From the NCBI GenBank assembly GCA_964016885.1, contig OZ024743.1, forward strand, positions 320,788,001 to 320,852,000: 64,000 nt of DNA. The letters run 5' to 3'. Origin of the DNA: Eledone cirrhosa. Taxonomy: Eukaryota. The notes beneath the pieces are model-generated. The model did no database searches, was not told the origin of the DNA, and saw nothing but the letters and a program-made list of their open reading frames with translations. Below, in pieces: positions 26,050-40,255 of this stretch. The position numbers and the translations under genes were made by a program. Each line of letters starts with the position of its first letter. The stretch's first letter is position 1.

Positions 26050-29000
26050 GATTATTCAAGTATTCGAAACGAAATAGATTTGTCACGTTCTCAATATGTT
26101 TTTGAACTTAAATGATGGAATGTCTAGAGATACAACGTCCAGATAAAACGATGCTATTTAAAATAGCTTTCATCATTTTACACGAGAATCTGGAGCAACA
26201 AATGTCACGTCGACAAAAGGATTGTGATATGATGAGAAGGTGATTACAAGAGACCGAAAGACAAACCAAAGTTAGACGAATACAAGATCCTCTAAACCGG
26301 TTACAAGAGACCAAACGACAAACCAAAGTTATACGAACATAATTGTTTCTATGTTAGGCACAAGGCCAGCAATTACCCAGTGTATTACTGGTACTTTATT
26401 TTATCGACCCCGTAAGGATGAAAGGCAAAGTTAACCTCGGCGGGATTTGAACATAATATACGAACATAATATTGGCTGTTAATCATTCAAAAGGGACTAA
26501 GAACTTTGAAAGAACTAATGAATGGAACATTTGAATACAATCCATGTAACAATTACAAGTATCAATAAAAAATGTGCATTGGTTGAATGTCTTAGATATG
26601 TCTGAAGTACAATGCAACGATATTTGGTAGAAAAACGCCCAAACGTTGTAGTGAAACTTGCAAAGTAAATATATCGGTTATAGAAGGCTTAGAAACTTGC
26701 CTGCCGTTGATAATGCAAAGAAGCTCCAATGGGCTACTCTACCAATCTTTGAGCAATGTAAGAAAATATACTTCATTTTTCTAAATAGTGTACTAATAAT
26801 GAGACTTCATGGATATATGCCAACATTTATGTTATCCTACACAGATGATAGTCTATATATATATATATTCCTCTGCTAATAAGGAGGTCCAATTTCTAGT
26901 GGATCCATAATCATTAAAGTGTTTTACAACAGCTTTGACGCATACAGAAAAATGAATGTGATCTTCTACTTCAAACCACAAAACTTCCAAATCAATTTGC
27001 TGTTAATATTTGTGCAACAATTGAAACTGAACGTCGTAATTTTCTTCGTTATAACCTAAAACAAAACAACTAAGATTTGGAGACTACAAATATATGAAGG
27101 ATGCTATTGAGATATATGGTCGTGTAAATGATTTTAGTCACTTGGTGATATGACATTACATTCATCTTTCATCGGCGATCCGACATACATATGTGATAAT
27201 ATACAGATTCGTTTGAAAGTTCAAATGATGATGACTCTGATATACAAAGGAGATATATTTGGTTCTCTGCTGTCAGATGTTATATGTACTCTGTTAAATG
27301 ACAGAAGAGGCGACTTTCGCAGTGACGCTCGGGTTTGATTGAAATGAAAAATAAATTTGATCAAACAGTTTGATTCATCAGTGGGAAGCTGCCAAACCTG
27401 GAAGAGGGTTATAAACTTCTTTGAGATCATCAAAAACGACTACAGCTACATGGAGCATATTTAAATTTCAACAAAATTTCTCTACGTATGAAGGATAGAA
27501 AATGTTTCGAAAGATAACCTAGATCACTGAGGCTGAAAAGCTCAAATCGGGCAAGATGAATGTCTTATCTACCAGAGGGAAAGCTCAACTAATAGAATAT
27601 TATTTACCAAAAATAAACCAATAGCTGCCCTCTTCTGTGCTAGAGACTTGATTCTCACATTAGTGTCGAATTCTGAATCTCACTGAAAAGCATCATGTAA
27701 ATATCTGCAAATAAATGAACACGAGAAGTGACCAATCTGTCATTCTGATTGAAAAGAACCACAATTAAGCTTCGTGAAGAATCTTCAACTTTTCTATTTA
27801 GGAACGATATCCAGATAATTATCACAAGGTTTGCATCTCCGAAGACAATAGAACAATGCTATTGATTCCATAAAAACAACACTCACTACATTCTCCGGAC
27901 AGGGGTGTTTGGAAATTCACTGCTGTCCAATCAATTCTCACGTGGAATCAACTAGCTTGTAAAGAGCATTGGATGACTTATATCCAATGATTAAGACAAG
28001 CAATCCACTTGAAAGTTGATAAAGTTAATTCAAAAACAGTAAATGTGTCTTCTTTTGGCTGCTACTAAACACAATTAAAGGGCCAACTTCATTTCAGTCT
28101 TTCATAACTGTAAAAGGAACCGTTTACGATCCATATTGCCACCAACATGGATTACTTAATGATTCACGTTAAGATGACCCTCTAAACGAAACAGAAGCTA
28201 CAAACCCTCTCCGCGCATGAGAAATCTATTTGCAATCATGCTTTTGGGATTTGAGATGATTGTATGGAAAGCATGTCAGAAGATAACAGGAAGAAGTTTC
28301 AATGAGAAAGTCTGAGAGTTGAGTTAATTATTTATGTCTGTTTTTATTGTTGCTATCCTGCAACTCAAAAACGAAATTATCACGCTAAACAGAAAACAGT
28401 CGTAAACAGTTTGAAATGTTTTAACCAATTGAAAACTTGTTCATCTAATATTTAGTGTGCAATACTGAGAGAAGTATGCCCACAATGTTGAAACGTTGAA
28501 ACATTCAATGACTTTGTTAATATCATTACTGAATGTGTGTTCCCAGCTACCTACAACAAAATATTGCACAGGGCAAAACAAAAATGGACTTATCTTTTTA
28601 GACACAACTTGAGGAGCAGGAAAGACTAAATTCTGGATGTAATGGGCAAAGAGACAAATATTGCCATGATTTTATCTTCATATGATATTGTTGTAAGATT
28701 GTTGGAAGAAGAAAGAACAGCAAATTCAATACGCAAACTCCCATTGGATCTTGCAACAAGAGTAAACATAATAAACACTAAGAAACTAACTGGACTTGCA
28801 AAAGTTTTAGATATGCGCAAACTCGCTGTTTGGGACGACTGTAGTAGATAACTGAAGACACTCATTGTGATATCATAACTATGGCAGCAATTACGAAGAT
28901 TGGTTAACAAGCCAACGTCAGAGTGATTTTATAAGGAACGAGAGCTGGTGCGTTTTCTGAATTATTTCTCAAAATTAGAAATGGACAAACCTTTAGTGCT

Positions 29001-29640
29001 AGTTGGCAGAATGTTCGGAGAAATCTGTAAATATAATTGGACAAATCCAAGGCAAAATTTTATCCAAATCTATATCTGAAATTCTTCAACGAAATTTGGT
29101 TGAGTGAAAGGGTAATCCTTGCTTTTAAGAATGAGATGGCTCAACATATTAATTATTCTTCGAAATATTCCAGGTGACTCATGAATATATAAGTTTTTAG
29201 ACAATGTCATTGGTGATGAAACACTAGTCAATTATCTAATTCAATGCCTGAACTAATTAGAACCTGCTGGGATGTCTTCACACAAGTTGACAAAAGTTGG
29301 ATCACAAAACATATGTAACAGACCAGAATTGGTTGGTAAACAGATACTACCAAATCTCATCGAAGTAATCACTATCATTTTTTTATGGCAAAGAAACAAC
29401 TGGTTCCTACTAGGGAGCCCAATCATGTAAACAGTTCTTCACATCGACCGCTTAAGGCTTCAGTTTCCTGTTTGTTGAGCTTTGCAATATCAATCAACAA
29501 ATATCAAAGATAGTCTTTGAAATTTGCAGAGCTCAATCTAGTCATGCATTCCTTTTTCCACTCGCAACTCTATGTTGATTGATATAAAGTTGGAAATTCA
29601 TCCAGAGTAACCAAATAACAATTATTATGCAAAAACACTA
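26050..29640 (+). mobile_element. Heavily decayed Helitron (Rep-PIF1 helicase)
   Basis: Residual motifs QFAVNICATIETERRNFLRYN, LHSSFIGDPTYI, RTANSIRKLPL, KLAVWDDC, WLSERVILAFKNE, LEPAGMSSHKL, RLQFPV, FAISINK, HSQLYV. Boundaries approximate. Confidence 0.75.
26340..26452 (-). mobile_element. Octopus-type tRNA-derived SINE, partial
   Basis: Reverse complement of GTTCAAATCCCGCCGAGGTTAACTTTGCCTTTCATCCTTACGGGGTCGATAAAATAAAGTACCAG...GTGCCTAA. Confidence 0.8.
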
Positions 29641-30397
29641 TTGCAGACAGGCAGGAAAAATATGATAACGTTAAGGAGAGAAAGAGGTAATGCAGGGAGC
29701 ATGAGCCAAAGATGAGGTGACAGAATTAATAAATTAGTTAAATAACCAACAGGTTTGGGGTTAATAGGTGATAAATAGTAAAACCGAAGGGTAATTTAAC
29801 CGATGCGTGTATTATAATTTACATGATGTCCGTACCAAGGCAAGACATTATCTTCACAGGTTTTAGAAATTATTCCCTCCCTATCAGGTAATAACTAACA
29901 TTTTAAACGTTTACACTTCCAGATTTTTATATTACATTTATATTATTACATTTATATCATTCAATATACAATGTGTTCTGCATAGATATTTATTATTTAA
30001 TTAATTACATTATCTAACAAATGCATATGAAAATTAGACTGCTTGATATAAATAGCGCTACTATTAAGGCATAATATTCTGCGACAGACAGAGTAATAGG
30101 ATGTTACTTTCTGAAATGCATAAAATTAATCAGCGTCAAACTGTGTGAGAAAGCTGGCCCATTTTGAATTACAGTTACAACTCATTTATGCCAGTTGAAT
30201 TGACTGCTATGAAATGAAATAAAATGTTTGTTTATGGACAAATCGCTAGATCAGAAATGAGTCTACAAAAATACAATCGTAATCCCAGCAGCCTATCCAA
30301 AAGCCACTCCACCTCTCCCTCTCACTCTCTCTCTCTATCTATCTATCTATCTCACTATCTCTATCTATCTATCTCTTTCTATCTCACTCTCCCTCGC

Positions 30398-30543
<146 letters not shown>

Positions 30544-30908
30544 TATATATTAATTAAAATATTTCCTTTGTCTAACATTTCGAATGACCCACCAAAAACC
30601 GGGGGTTATTTCCCTTGCTGGAATTACCACGTGACAGCTATAAATACGATACGCTGCATCTAGCAGCAACATTTAGCCTATCACCCCTGTTCTGGGTAGA
30701 ACGAAAACCTGCTGAAAAACTGAATCCTCTGTTCGATCATGAATACCACGAGCTTGCCAGTCACGTAAGTCTGATATTTGATTTAGGGTTCAAAGAAACA
30801 CTTTAAACGTATAATCGTTTGATTTGTCCAGGTGTATTTTTCTCAACCTGTTAGTTCTATCGTTAGATTTTGCCTACCACAATGTTCGATTTGTCAAGCT
30901 ATTTAAAC

Positions 30909-30973
<65 letters not shown>

Positions 30974-30974
30974 T

Positions 30975-33900
30975 ACATGGAAAGTTATATTTAAAATTGT
31001 TGGGTTACAACTAGTAAATATTTATAACTGATATAAAAGCACTCGACAAATATTTGGAGTATATTTACAATATTAAATAAATGGAAACTATATTTATAAA
31101 ACCATATTTATTTCATTATATATATTTCGGGGATATCATATTAACAATATGCTATGCCTTCCTCAGACAAAATACAATATAAACAGTTTTATAGATAAAT
31201 AGATTCGACATACCGTAACAACACCGACTTGCATTTAAAGAGGTTGGATTGGCAGTCAATCCAGTTTTTTTTTTTTTTGTTTTGTTTTTTTTGTTTTGTT
31301 TTTTTTTGTTTTTTTCTTTTGTTTTGCCGCATCCGTTTGTCTGAGGCTGGGTCTGTTATGCAAGGATTGTTTTCTGGGTGTTATTTTTCTGAGCCTGCCC
31401 GCCGGGGTGTTAAGACTTGTTGCAGGGAGATCCAGTGTACTATTTCACTCTTCATTCTTAACCCATCTAAAGAAGGATATTTTTAAGCGATGTGTACAAC
31501 TTATCGCTGTTTCAGCTCTGCTGTTGCTGAGCTCGTCGGGTGCAGTTATGATGTGGTAGAGCTCCATGAGGCAAAGATCGCATTTCCTCTTGAAGTTGTA
31601 CGGTGCAGCCCTGCCGACAATCTCCCAGTGCGTGGAGAAGCTGATATTTAAGTCCTTTAGTGATGTGATGTAGTCCGCGAGCGAAGTGGAGTGCCTTAGT
31701 TTTCTATTTGTGAAAGAGTGGAGATGTGTTCGAAACCTAATTTTGAACGGGCCGGAGGTGGCCCCTATATAATGTTTAACGCTATTGTGGCTAGTAATAG
31801 TGCATCTATATATAACCCTATCAGTCAAGCAGTATCCTCTAAGGGGGCAGCGTCCTCTGTCGCGGCAGTTGCAATTTCTGTCGCGGTTCCGTCTATTTCC
31901 CACGGTAAGGCTATCATTGTTGCTGCCTACGTTGTTACCTACGCTACCGCAGCTATCGTTAGCACAATTACAACCCACAGCACGCGGGATGGTGCGATTG
32001 TTAATCCGCACGTCATGTTCTGCATGTTCCCCAGTCACTTCGCGGTCATTCTGGTTGCGTCTGCGGATGCCGTTGCCAACACTATTGGATGCTGTCAGGG
32101 AGTTGTTAAGGCCGATATAGTTATTGTCAGGTGTAGGTGCGTCTATGTCGAGGTGCTGTGTCTTGGTGATCTTACTGTGGTTCGTTGTTCCTATGATGTC
32201 CGCTAGGTTAGGAGTAGTAGAGAAGGATATTTTTATATTGTTCCTATTAAGAATTTTTCTATACCTATGGTTGGGCGGGAAGTTCTTCTCTAAGGCTTCG
32301 AAGAATATCCGGGGTATGTTGGAGGCCACACTTCGAGAGTAGGGAGGGGGGGTGGAACCATAGGACGTTACGGTGGCGATTACGTGTCCTTGTACTTTTG
32401 CTACGGGTGGTTCCATCTAAGTGATCGCTCTTATGTGTGTTAATGCGCTGTCGCCCGTTCGGTGCCCCTTTCACTTTATGCTTATCACTTTATGCTTATC
32501 ACTTTATGCGGTTATCTATTCTATTATATCCGACTTTAACGAGGTCGCCGCGTGATCGGTTATAGGTATGGCTTACTATAACGTTAGTTTTATGAGGGGG
32601 GTGGTTTCTAGAGCTAGCGTTAGGGATGTAGGAAATTCCTCGGTTAAAGCCGGCGCTTATCAGGGCCCTATTGTAGTAATCAGCCGCTTGGTTGAAGATA
32701 TCCTCATTGGCGGATAGCCTCGAGATTCTATGTGAGATACTATAGACTATGGAGTTGAGAGTCTGCTTAGGGTGGTTGGAGGCATAATTAATATAAGAGA
32801 GGCACTCTCCAGGCTTATGGTATGGCTTGTATAAGCCCGTACTCAACTCCAGGGTCACGTTCAGGAAGTTGACAACCCTGTGGTTGAGGTCCATAGTTAC
32901 GGATAGGCCGTATGACTTAAAGAACCTGTGTATATGTTTGTTAAGGTTCTCTATCCTACGGGGGCTATGGTTCCTAACGGTAAACAGGGCGCCGTCCCTA
33001 TATACACCTCCTTGTAGGGCCGGTATTTCTTCCCTAAGCTTATGTAGGAGGTATATCCCAACCAGGTCAGTTGCTTGCACTGAGTCGCTGGACCCCATCG
33101 TGACATCGAAGTTATCAGGACGGTTGGTTCTGGTCCAGTGGGAGCCTTCGAATTGGATAATGGTTCTACGTGCCGCTAGAATTATGTCTATTTCTTTTTT
33201 GGTGAGGCTAGTGTTAGATCTAGCTAAGATAAGTGCCTTATTTAAGAGTATGGGGGAGATAGAGGCGTAGTAGCTATCTATATCAAACTGGATGAATTTC
33301 AGGGTGGCTTTATCCGGCAACTTGGTGAACCAATTTATGACCTGGTCGGTGTTGCCCCAGAGGCAGACCTCAGCCTTTCTATTAAGCTCGAGTAGTACTC
33401 TGTCGAGGATCACTTTACTAATCTTACCTATATCTGATGTAGAGGGGCATATTAGTCTAATATAGGGGCTTTCATTAAAGTCATATTTGTGATCCTTAAG
33501 AGAGAATTTAGGCGTCAGAGGGACGTACGGGTTAGTGTACTTTTCTATTTCTAAGCTGGTGACTATATCCTTCCCTACTCTATTTATGTCATTTAGGGTA
33601 CTAGAGGGTGTCTTTTTGTAGTCTTTGTGTAGTTCCTTATAGATGATTTTTTTATACTCACTCGCGTCCATCTTGTACAGCTTTTTGGTTTTGTCGGAGG
33701 TGACGAAGAGGTGCGGGTCATTCTTGATCTTAGTTATTAGTGTATCAAGGGACGTTAAGAATGGATTGCTGCATTGGTGTTTCTTTCTGAGCTTAACGTT
33801 TTTGATCATTTTCAGCAGGTCCTCTTCAAATAAGTCCAGTAAGGTGTTGTGCGGTGGGTTTCGGTATGTTTTGAAACCATACTTCTCTTTGGGTTCAGGA

Positions 33901-34905
33901 AGGTTACGGGTGTTCTTATCCAGGTGGTATGCCTTCCATCTGACTCTCCGTATAAACGAATTAGTAGCGTCTATAAGCAGTTTAAGGTAGGTTTTTCTGC
34001 TGGGTAAGGGGATACACTTGAGAGACGTGGGTAACGGTTGGTTCTCCAACATAATGGCAAATAAGGTGAGATGCTCTACAAAAGGAGCACAGTAATATAG
34101 TATTTACGTATCGAGAAAGAGAGAAAAAGGAGGGATAGGTGATACATATAGTTATTTGCCAAGTAGCGTATGCCAAAGGTGCTCGATACTAAAATATCTT
34201 GTTTTGATTTTGCAGCAGGTCAAGGGAGGTAACTCTGGCCGGTGTTAGGGCAGTCTTTCCCGGATAATTTTTTTTTGTTTTTTTTTTGTTTTTGTTTTGC
34301 CGCAACCGTTTGTCTGAGGCTGGGTCTGGTATGCAAGGATTGTTTTCTGGGTGTTATTTTTCTGAGCCTGCCCGCCGGGGTGTTAAGACTTGTTGCAGGG
34401 AGATCCAGTGTACTATTTCACTCTTCATTCTTAACCCATCTAAAGAAGGATATTTTTAAGCGATGTGTAAACTTATCGCTGTTTCAGCTCTGCTGTTGAT
34501 GAGCTCGTGGGGTGCAGTTATGATGTGGTAGAGCTCCATGAGGCAAAGATCGCATTTCCTCTTGAAGTTGTACGGTGCAGCCCTGCCGACAATCTCCCAG
34601 TGCGTGGAGAAGCTGATGTTTAAGTCCTTTAGTGATGTGATGTAGTCCGCGAGAGAAGTGGAGTGCCTTAGTTTTCTATTTGTGAAAGAGTGGAGATGTG
34701 TTCGAAACCTAATTTTGAACGGGCCGGAGGTGGCCCCTATATAATGTTTAACGCTATTGTGGCAAGTAATAGTGCATCTATATATAACCCTATCAGTCAA
34801 GCAGTATCATCTAAGGGGGCAGCGTCCTCTGTTGCGGCAGTTGCAATTTCTGTCGCGGTTCCGTCTATTTCCCACGGTAAGGCTATCATTGTTGCTGCCT
34901 ACGTA
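30975..34905 (-). mobile_element. Naiad-type Penelope-like element, near full length, with upstream direct-repeat pseudo-LTR
   Basis: RT ORF 32499-34052 (SLKCIPLPS..Y...LI....FIRRVRWKA, YGFK, SDKT, FDIDSYY, TMGS.DS, GVYRD); GIY-YIG ORF 31445-32416 (CNCR...CPL.G.C, HYIG, KCDLCL.E, CTHR). 34270-34905 repeats 31310-31932. Confidence 0.88.
31109..31174 (-). ncRNA. Type I hammerhead ribozyme in the Naiad 3' terminus
   Basis: TATTTTGT-CTGAGGA-AGG..CC-GAAA-TATATA-TA-ATGAAATA. Confidence 0.72.
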
Positions 34906-34992
34906 GATATTTTTGCGAGCAATGAATCTTGATGTAGATTTAACCGCCAAAACTCTTTCCGAACTATATAAAGAACACTTGTGATTATTTAA

Positions 34993-35031
34993 GCCCTTGA
35001 GAAGCCCAACTGGGCGAAACGTACGTAGGTG
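34993..35031 (+). ncRNA. Minimal hammerhead, U3-A8 core
   Basis: CC-TTGAGAA-GCCC aact GGGC-GAAA-CGTACG-TA-GG. Confidence 0.62.
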
Positions 35032-35112
35032 ATATTTTAAATAAACATGTTTTAACGGTCTATTCTCCGATTTTTTACTTTCCCACGTATATATATATAT
35101 ATATAAAGTTTT

Positions 35113-35167
<55 letters not shown>

Positions 35168-35181
35168 GGGGGGGGGGGGTT

Positions 35182-35225
<44 letters not shown>

Positions 35226-35562
35226 GCAACGGGTCACTTTGTGGCTGAATGAAGAGTTAATAAATTAAATAATCAGAGCTATATATCATAAAACATGTCT
35301 ATAGAATCACCAGATAAAATATATACCATTTCCTCTCCCAATTAGCATAATTGACCATATAAAAAATCGATTAGACCAAGCTATAAGAATAAATGCTTCT
35401 ATGAAATAATATCCGACAAATAACCGAAAGCATCCCTTCGCGTCGGTTGCGACGTAATATTTATCGTGTATTTCGACAGCGTGTATGAATCGCTCAGATA
35501 TACAGTCAACCAAACATAATTAGGTGTAAAATAAACTAGGAGAAAAGTGAACATATTTAGGT

Positions 35563-35642
35563 AACTCTACCATGGTTTCGTCCGCATTTTAAGATATCCG
35601 ATAGCGTCGGACACCTAGAGCACCGGACTCTTTAGGAAGTTA
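35563..35642 (-). ncRNA. Degenerate hammerhead (CTAAAGA core)
   Basis: AACTTC-CTAAAGA-GTCC..GGAC-GAAA-CCATGG-TA-GAGTT. Confidence 0.45.
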
Positions 35643-35845
35643 GGTCAAATTTAGACAATAAATTTTCCAAAGTGATCGCGCCAAGAATACATTCAAAAAT
35701 GGCTAATGAATCGTGACGTAGGAGCGATCAGGTTAGAAAGAATGTGATTAGTTGCTTACGGCTGGTGGCTTTTTGGTAGAAAGCGCAGCACAATACAGCC
35801 AAAATTGCATCTCAACCTAAGCGAGTTTATTACATATAAAGGTTT

Positions 35846-35938
<93 letters not shown>

Positions 35939-35969
35939 GGTAAACACACATATATATATATATGTCTCC

Positions 35970-36010
<41 letters not shown>

Positions 36011-36067
36011 GTGTGTGGGAGAGGAAATGGTATATATTGTATCTGGTGATTCTATAGACATGTTTTA

Positions 36068-36122
<55 letters not shown>

Positions 36123-36132
<10 letters not shown>

Positions 36133-36545
36133 TAAACGGAATAGAAAATGCTGACAAATTGTTCACAGTTGAAAAATGGTTTAATTAGGAATAAAAGAGT
36201 ATTAGTGATTGTATGGGTTAGTATTCAGTTGTGGTTTTAAGTTTTTAAGTTTTTACCGGTTGCGCATTTCTAAATGCTTTTCAAAAATAATTTTGAGATA
36301 GAGTGTCCGTGCTGTTTGCTCTGATCGGACACTCTATCTCAAAATTATTTTTGAAAAGCATTTAGAAATGCGCAACCGGTAAAAACTTAAAAACTTAAAA
36401 CCACAACTGAATACTAACCCATACAATCACTAATACTCTTTTATTCCGAATTAAACCATTTTTCAACTGTGAACAATTTGTCAGCATTTTCTATTCCGTT
36501 TACCAATATATAATAACTTGTGTGTTACACCTCTATTCTTTTAAC
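36123..36545. repeat. Fold-back palindrome (~186-bp arms, ~16-nt loop) with a degenerate U3-A8 HHR in each arm
   Basis: 36123-36309 vs 36326-36512. Motif TTGAAAA-GCATT taga AATGC-GCAA-CCGG-TA at 36351-36381. Confidence 0.9.
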
Positions 36546-37570
36546 TATATATATATATATATATATACGTACATGCATACATACATATGTACGAATGTCT
36601 TTGTGCGTGTCTGTCTGTGTGCATTTGTGAGTGTAAGTTCAGGTGTGTATTTATATTGATATGATATTGATGATCTGCGTTGCCACTTTCTAAGCTAGAA
36701 GTCTTGTGTAATATATAAGATGATTTTTCCTAGATACAATCAATATATGTAAACCCAACTAATATATGAAGCACAGGTGTTGTATGAGATGTATTACACA
36801 CAGATACTAGATTATATATAGGCGTATATATTATATATACTGGGACATGTGCATATGGTTATGTGTATACGTGAGTTTTGCGTCTGTGTGAGTATGCGGG
36901 TTCGTAAGTATGTAGAGTGTGTGTATATGTATACTTGTGTTTTGGTTGACGTCGTTTAGCGAACATATGTGTTTTTACATGTAGCTATGTGTGTGCGCGC
37001 GTTATATACGTATTTATGTGTGTATATTTATATACGTTTATATAATTATATGTATACACGCACACACACAAACATATATATATATATTTTTATATATATT
37101 TTTATGTGTATTTGGTGTATACGTTCGTATATGTGCGGGTACAGGCGTTGCGTGGGTTCTCTATGTGCGTGCGTGTTTTTTTGTGTACAGGCTTTTATTT
37201 TCATACCCATGGCAGGTGTTTTCGCGTATGCATGTGTATGTACATATATGGATGCGTGCATGTATATATTTAATTTTTGTTGATTTCAATTACTTCTGTA
37301 ATTTATTTACATTATTCTTAACTCTGAAGCCGAGAATCATTTGGTTTCCTAAATAAAATTTTAGTCTACGACTTCAATTATACCATAAACGTGGTTTTGT
37401 CTTTGCGTGTAATTGTTTTCACCAGTCCAAATAATGACGTATTATCTTCGTATTTTTTCAGTTCTTTGCCAGGGAATGTTTCCACGAACCAAAGTATCGT
37501 CTTCCTGTGTTCCTTGAGTTGCAACGTTTTTCGAAATATTTACTTCTGCGTTCACAGATTGTTTTTTTTT

Positions 37571-37621
37571 AGATTCAGAAGATCCCGTTAAGGGTGAAAG
37601 CAGCGATTCGTTGCTTAAACT
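37571..37621 (+). ncRNA. Hammerhead-like motif with CAGAAGA core
   Basis: AGATT-CAGAAGA-TCCC gttaa GGGT-GAAA-GCAGCGATTCGTTGC-TT-AAACT. Confidence 0.55.
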
Positions 37622-37637
37622 TTAATCTGTTATTTTA

Positions 37638-37679
<42 letters not shown>

Positions 37680-38774
37680 TTAAGATAAACATTGATGCAA
37701 TTCAATTCAAGCACTCAACATACTTATTCCACATAGGAGTGACGGAGTAAATATCGAATAAGATTCAATCAATTCAATCCATATATGGACAAATTGACAA
37801 TCATATTAATCATGTATCTCCTTTCTCACGTTGCATATATGTACAGTATGTATTTTTTTGTATTTATTGGATATTTTTTGTGTTTTTTTTTGTGTGTATT
37901 TTGTATCTGTGTTTTGGGGTGTTTTGTTCCATGTGATGGAAATTCTAAGTATGTACCCGCCTAACTACTACCTTTCATACTGTAATTTACCCTCCGTTCT
38001 ACTGTACGGTACTATCGTTCAGTATGTAGATAATATATCTGTAATATTAATACCCCTTTCAACACATCTTACTTAAACATCTTCATACGTAGTAGATAGT
38101 ATAGGTGCACATATGTTTTTACTCACTTAAATCTATATTTTTACTCACTTCAATCTAGATTCTGACTTGTAAATTGTTTTAATTTTTAAATTTTAAGTTT
38201 GAATTTCTGATTTTCGATTTTAAATTTTTAGTTTTAATTTCCAACTCTCATTCATAATTTCCACTGTGAAACCATAATACCTAGAATTAAGTATATTTTC
38301 TCTTAGAGGTTGATGGTCAATTATACTGTCCATGCTTAATGTGGGGTAGTATTGAGACCTATTGATACTCATACTCTCCCACCCCCACTAGCTTACGGCT
38401 GACTTCCACTGACGGGGTATAGCAGTAAGCTATATATTACTGGCCTGAATAGGTCATTGTTTGGTTGAGAGGGGGAACTGCCTAGGCGAATTTCAATGAA
38501 CTCTGCGGTAGTTAATGGTCAACCCCCTTCGGACCTGCGCCTGCGCAGACCATTGGGGGTGAATTGGTACTCACAAGGGAACGGATGAAGAACCCAAGAG
38601 GACACACTTCGTCCGTTCCCATGTCGATTCAATTTGGATTGCCTCGGAAACATAACCTTATTATGTAACAAGCTGTCTGACGATGTCGCGGCACTGGCAC
38701 ATGCAACAGTGTGGCCACTGTCGCCATTGAAATATATATATCACAGCATTATTATTAAAGGATTTGAACATGTG

Positions 38775-38816
<42 letters not shown>

Positions 38817-38907
38817 GTATTTCCGTCGGAAAGGTAGAGGAAAAAAGAGTGCTCTATGTGGGCTACAGAGTGTATTAGTTATGTAATAAACAACATAAGA
38901 TAATTAT

Positions 38908-38968
38908 TTCATTTACCAGTGGTTTCTTGAAGGCAGATGTTGCGTCTGTCTTCAGTCGTCAGAATGAA
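38908..38968 (-). ncRNA. Type I hammerhead ribozyme (family C, repeat ~38812-39050)
   Basis: TTCATT-CTGACGA-C TGAAG ACAGA..TCTGC CTTCA A-GAAA-CCACTGG-TA-AATGAA. Confidence 0.78.
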
Positions 38969-39400
38969 TAAATAACATGGTGTTTTTATTAAATATGGAT
39001 TTGAAAACAAAATTTAGGAAATACGAAAGTGAGGCTGAAAAAAAAATGGACAAAAAGGAAATAGGGGAAAAAATATAAAAAATAAATATAAAAAAATAAA
39101 TATCCAGAACAAAAACATACACACTCAACTACGCGCATATACGTAATAGTACGTAGACGTATACTTTCTCACATAAGCGTATTTGTGTCTACATAGAAAT
39201 ACGGACAGGAACAATATACATACACAAACATATACACAAATATATATATACTCAAAAATATACACACGCACACATATAAAAAGGGGGTGTACACACACAT
39301 ATAAACATAGTACATACAAACACAAAAACACAAAAACAAAAAGCTCTATACATACACGCACGTGTATATAGACATATACACATATATATAAATATCAATA

Positions 39401-39442
<42 letters not shown>

Positions 39443-39460
39443 CATATATATATATATATA

Positions 39461-39700
39461 TTTATTAAAATAACAGATTAAAGTTTAAGCAAAGAATCGC
39501 TGCTTTCACTCTTAACGGGATCTTCTGAAACTAACAAAGTCAATCTGTTAGTTTCAGAAGATCCCGTTAAGTGTGAAAGCAGCGATTCTTTGCTTAAACT
39601 TTAATCTGTTATTTTATAAATATTTGCTCTATGGTTCTTATATATTTGATATATATTTATCCTTATCGAGCCCTCTTTGGATTTTAGTCTTATTATTACT
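39461..39700. repeat. Fold-back palindrome (~75-bp arms) carrying two CAGAAGA hammerhead-like motifs
   Basis: 39461-39536 vs 39546-39620. Motifs at 39482-39532 (-) and 39550-39600 (+). The right arm extends ~80 bp to (TA)n. Confidence 0.85.
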
Positions 39701-39772
39701 ATATATATATACACACGTACACATACCCATACACACATATATACAAGCATACACACACATACATACACACAC

Positions 39773-39806
<34 letters not shown>

Positions 39807-39901
39807 ATACACACATATATATATGGCAGCGATAATGAGGGACAGAGACCACTGGAGAGAACTCGTCCATGGATCTCGGGAATTTTACCCGCCCTAGAAT
39901 T

Positions 39902-39984
<83 letters not shown>

Positions 39985-40255
39985 GTTATTTAATTTGTTG
40001 GGAAACAAAGAGCAAAATATTTTTATAACTGATATAAAGCACTCAACAAATTATTGGAGTAAATATACAATATATTAAACATTGGAAACTATATTTATAA
40101 AACCATATTTATTTCATTATACATATTTCAATGGCCACTAGATTAAACTATGGTGCGCTTTCATCAGATAAAATATAATATCGGTTAGTTTTATAAATAA
40201 ATATTGACATACCCTTAAAAAATGCAACTCTTCTGGTTGGAATCTCCTGGATAGT
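39985..40255 (-). mobile_element. Naiad-type terminal module with HHR at 40110-40175
   Basis: TATTTTAT-CTGATGA-AAGCGCACCA..TGGCCATT-GAAA-TATGTA-TA-ATGAAATA followed by AATATGGTTTTATAAATATAG. Confidence 0.75.

Noticed and set aside
34807-34809. In-frame TGA in the Naiad zinc-finger region as possible selenocysteine (some Naiads encode selenoproteins)
   Set aside because: It replaces Gly (GGA in the downstream copy), not Cys. The Cys codons I checked in the Naiad fragments are TGY, the TGA at ~45224 replaces Trp, and I saw no SECIS-like hairpin.
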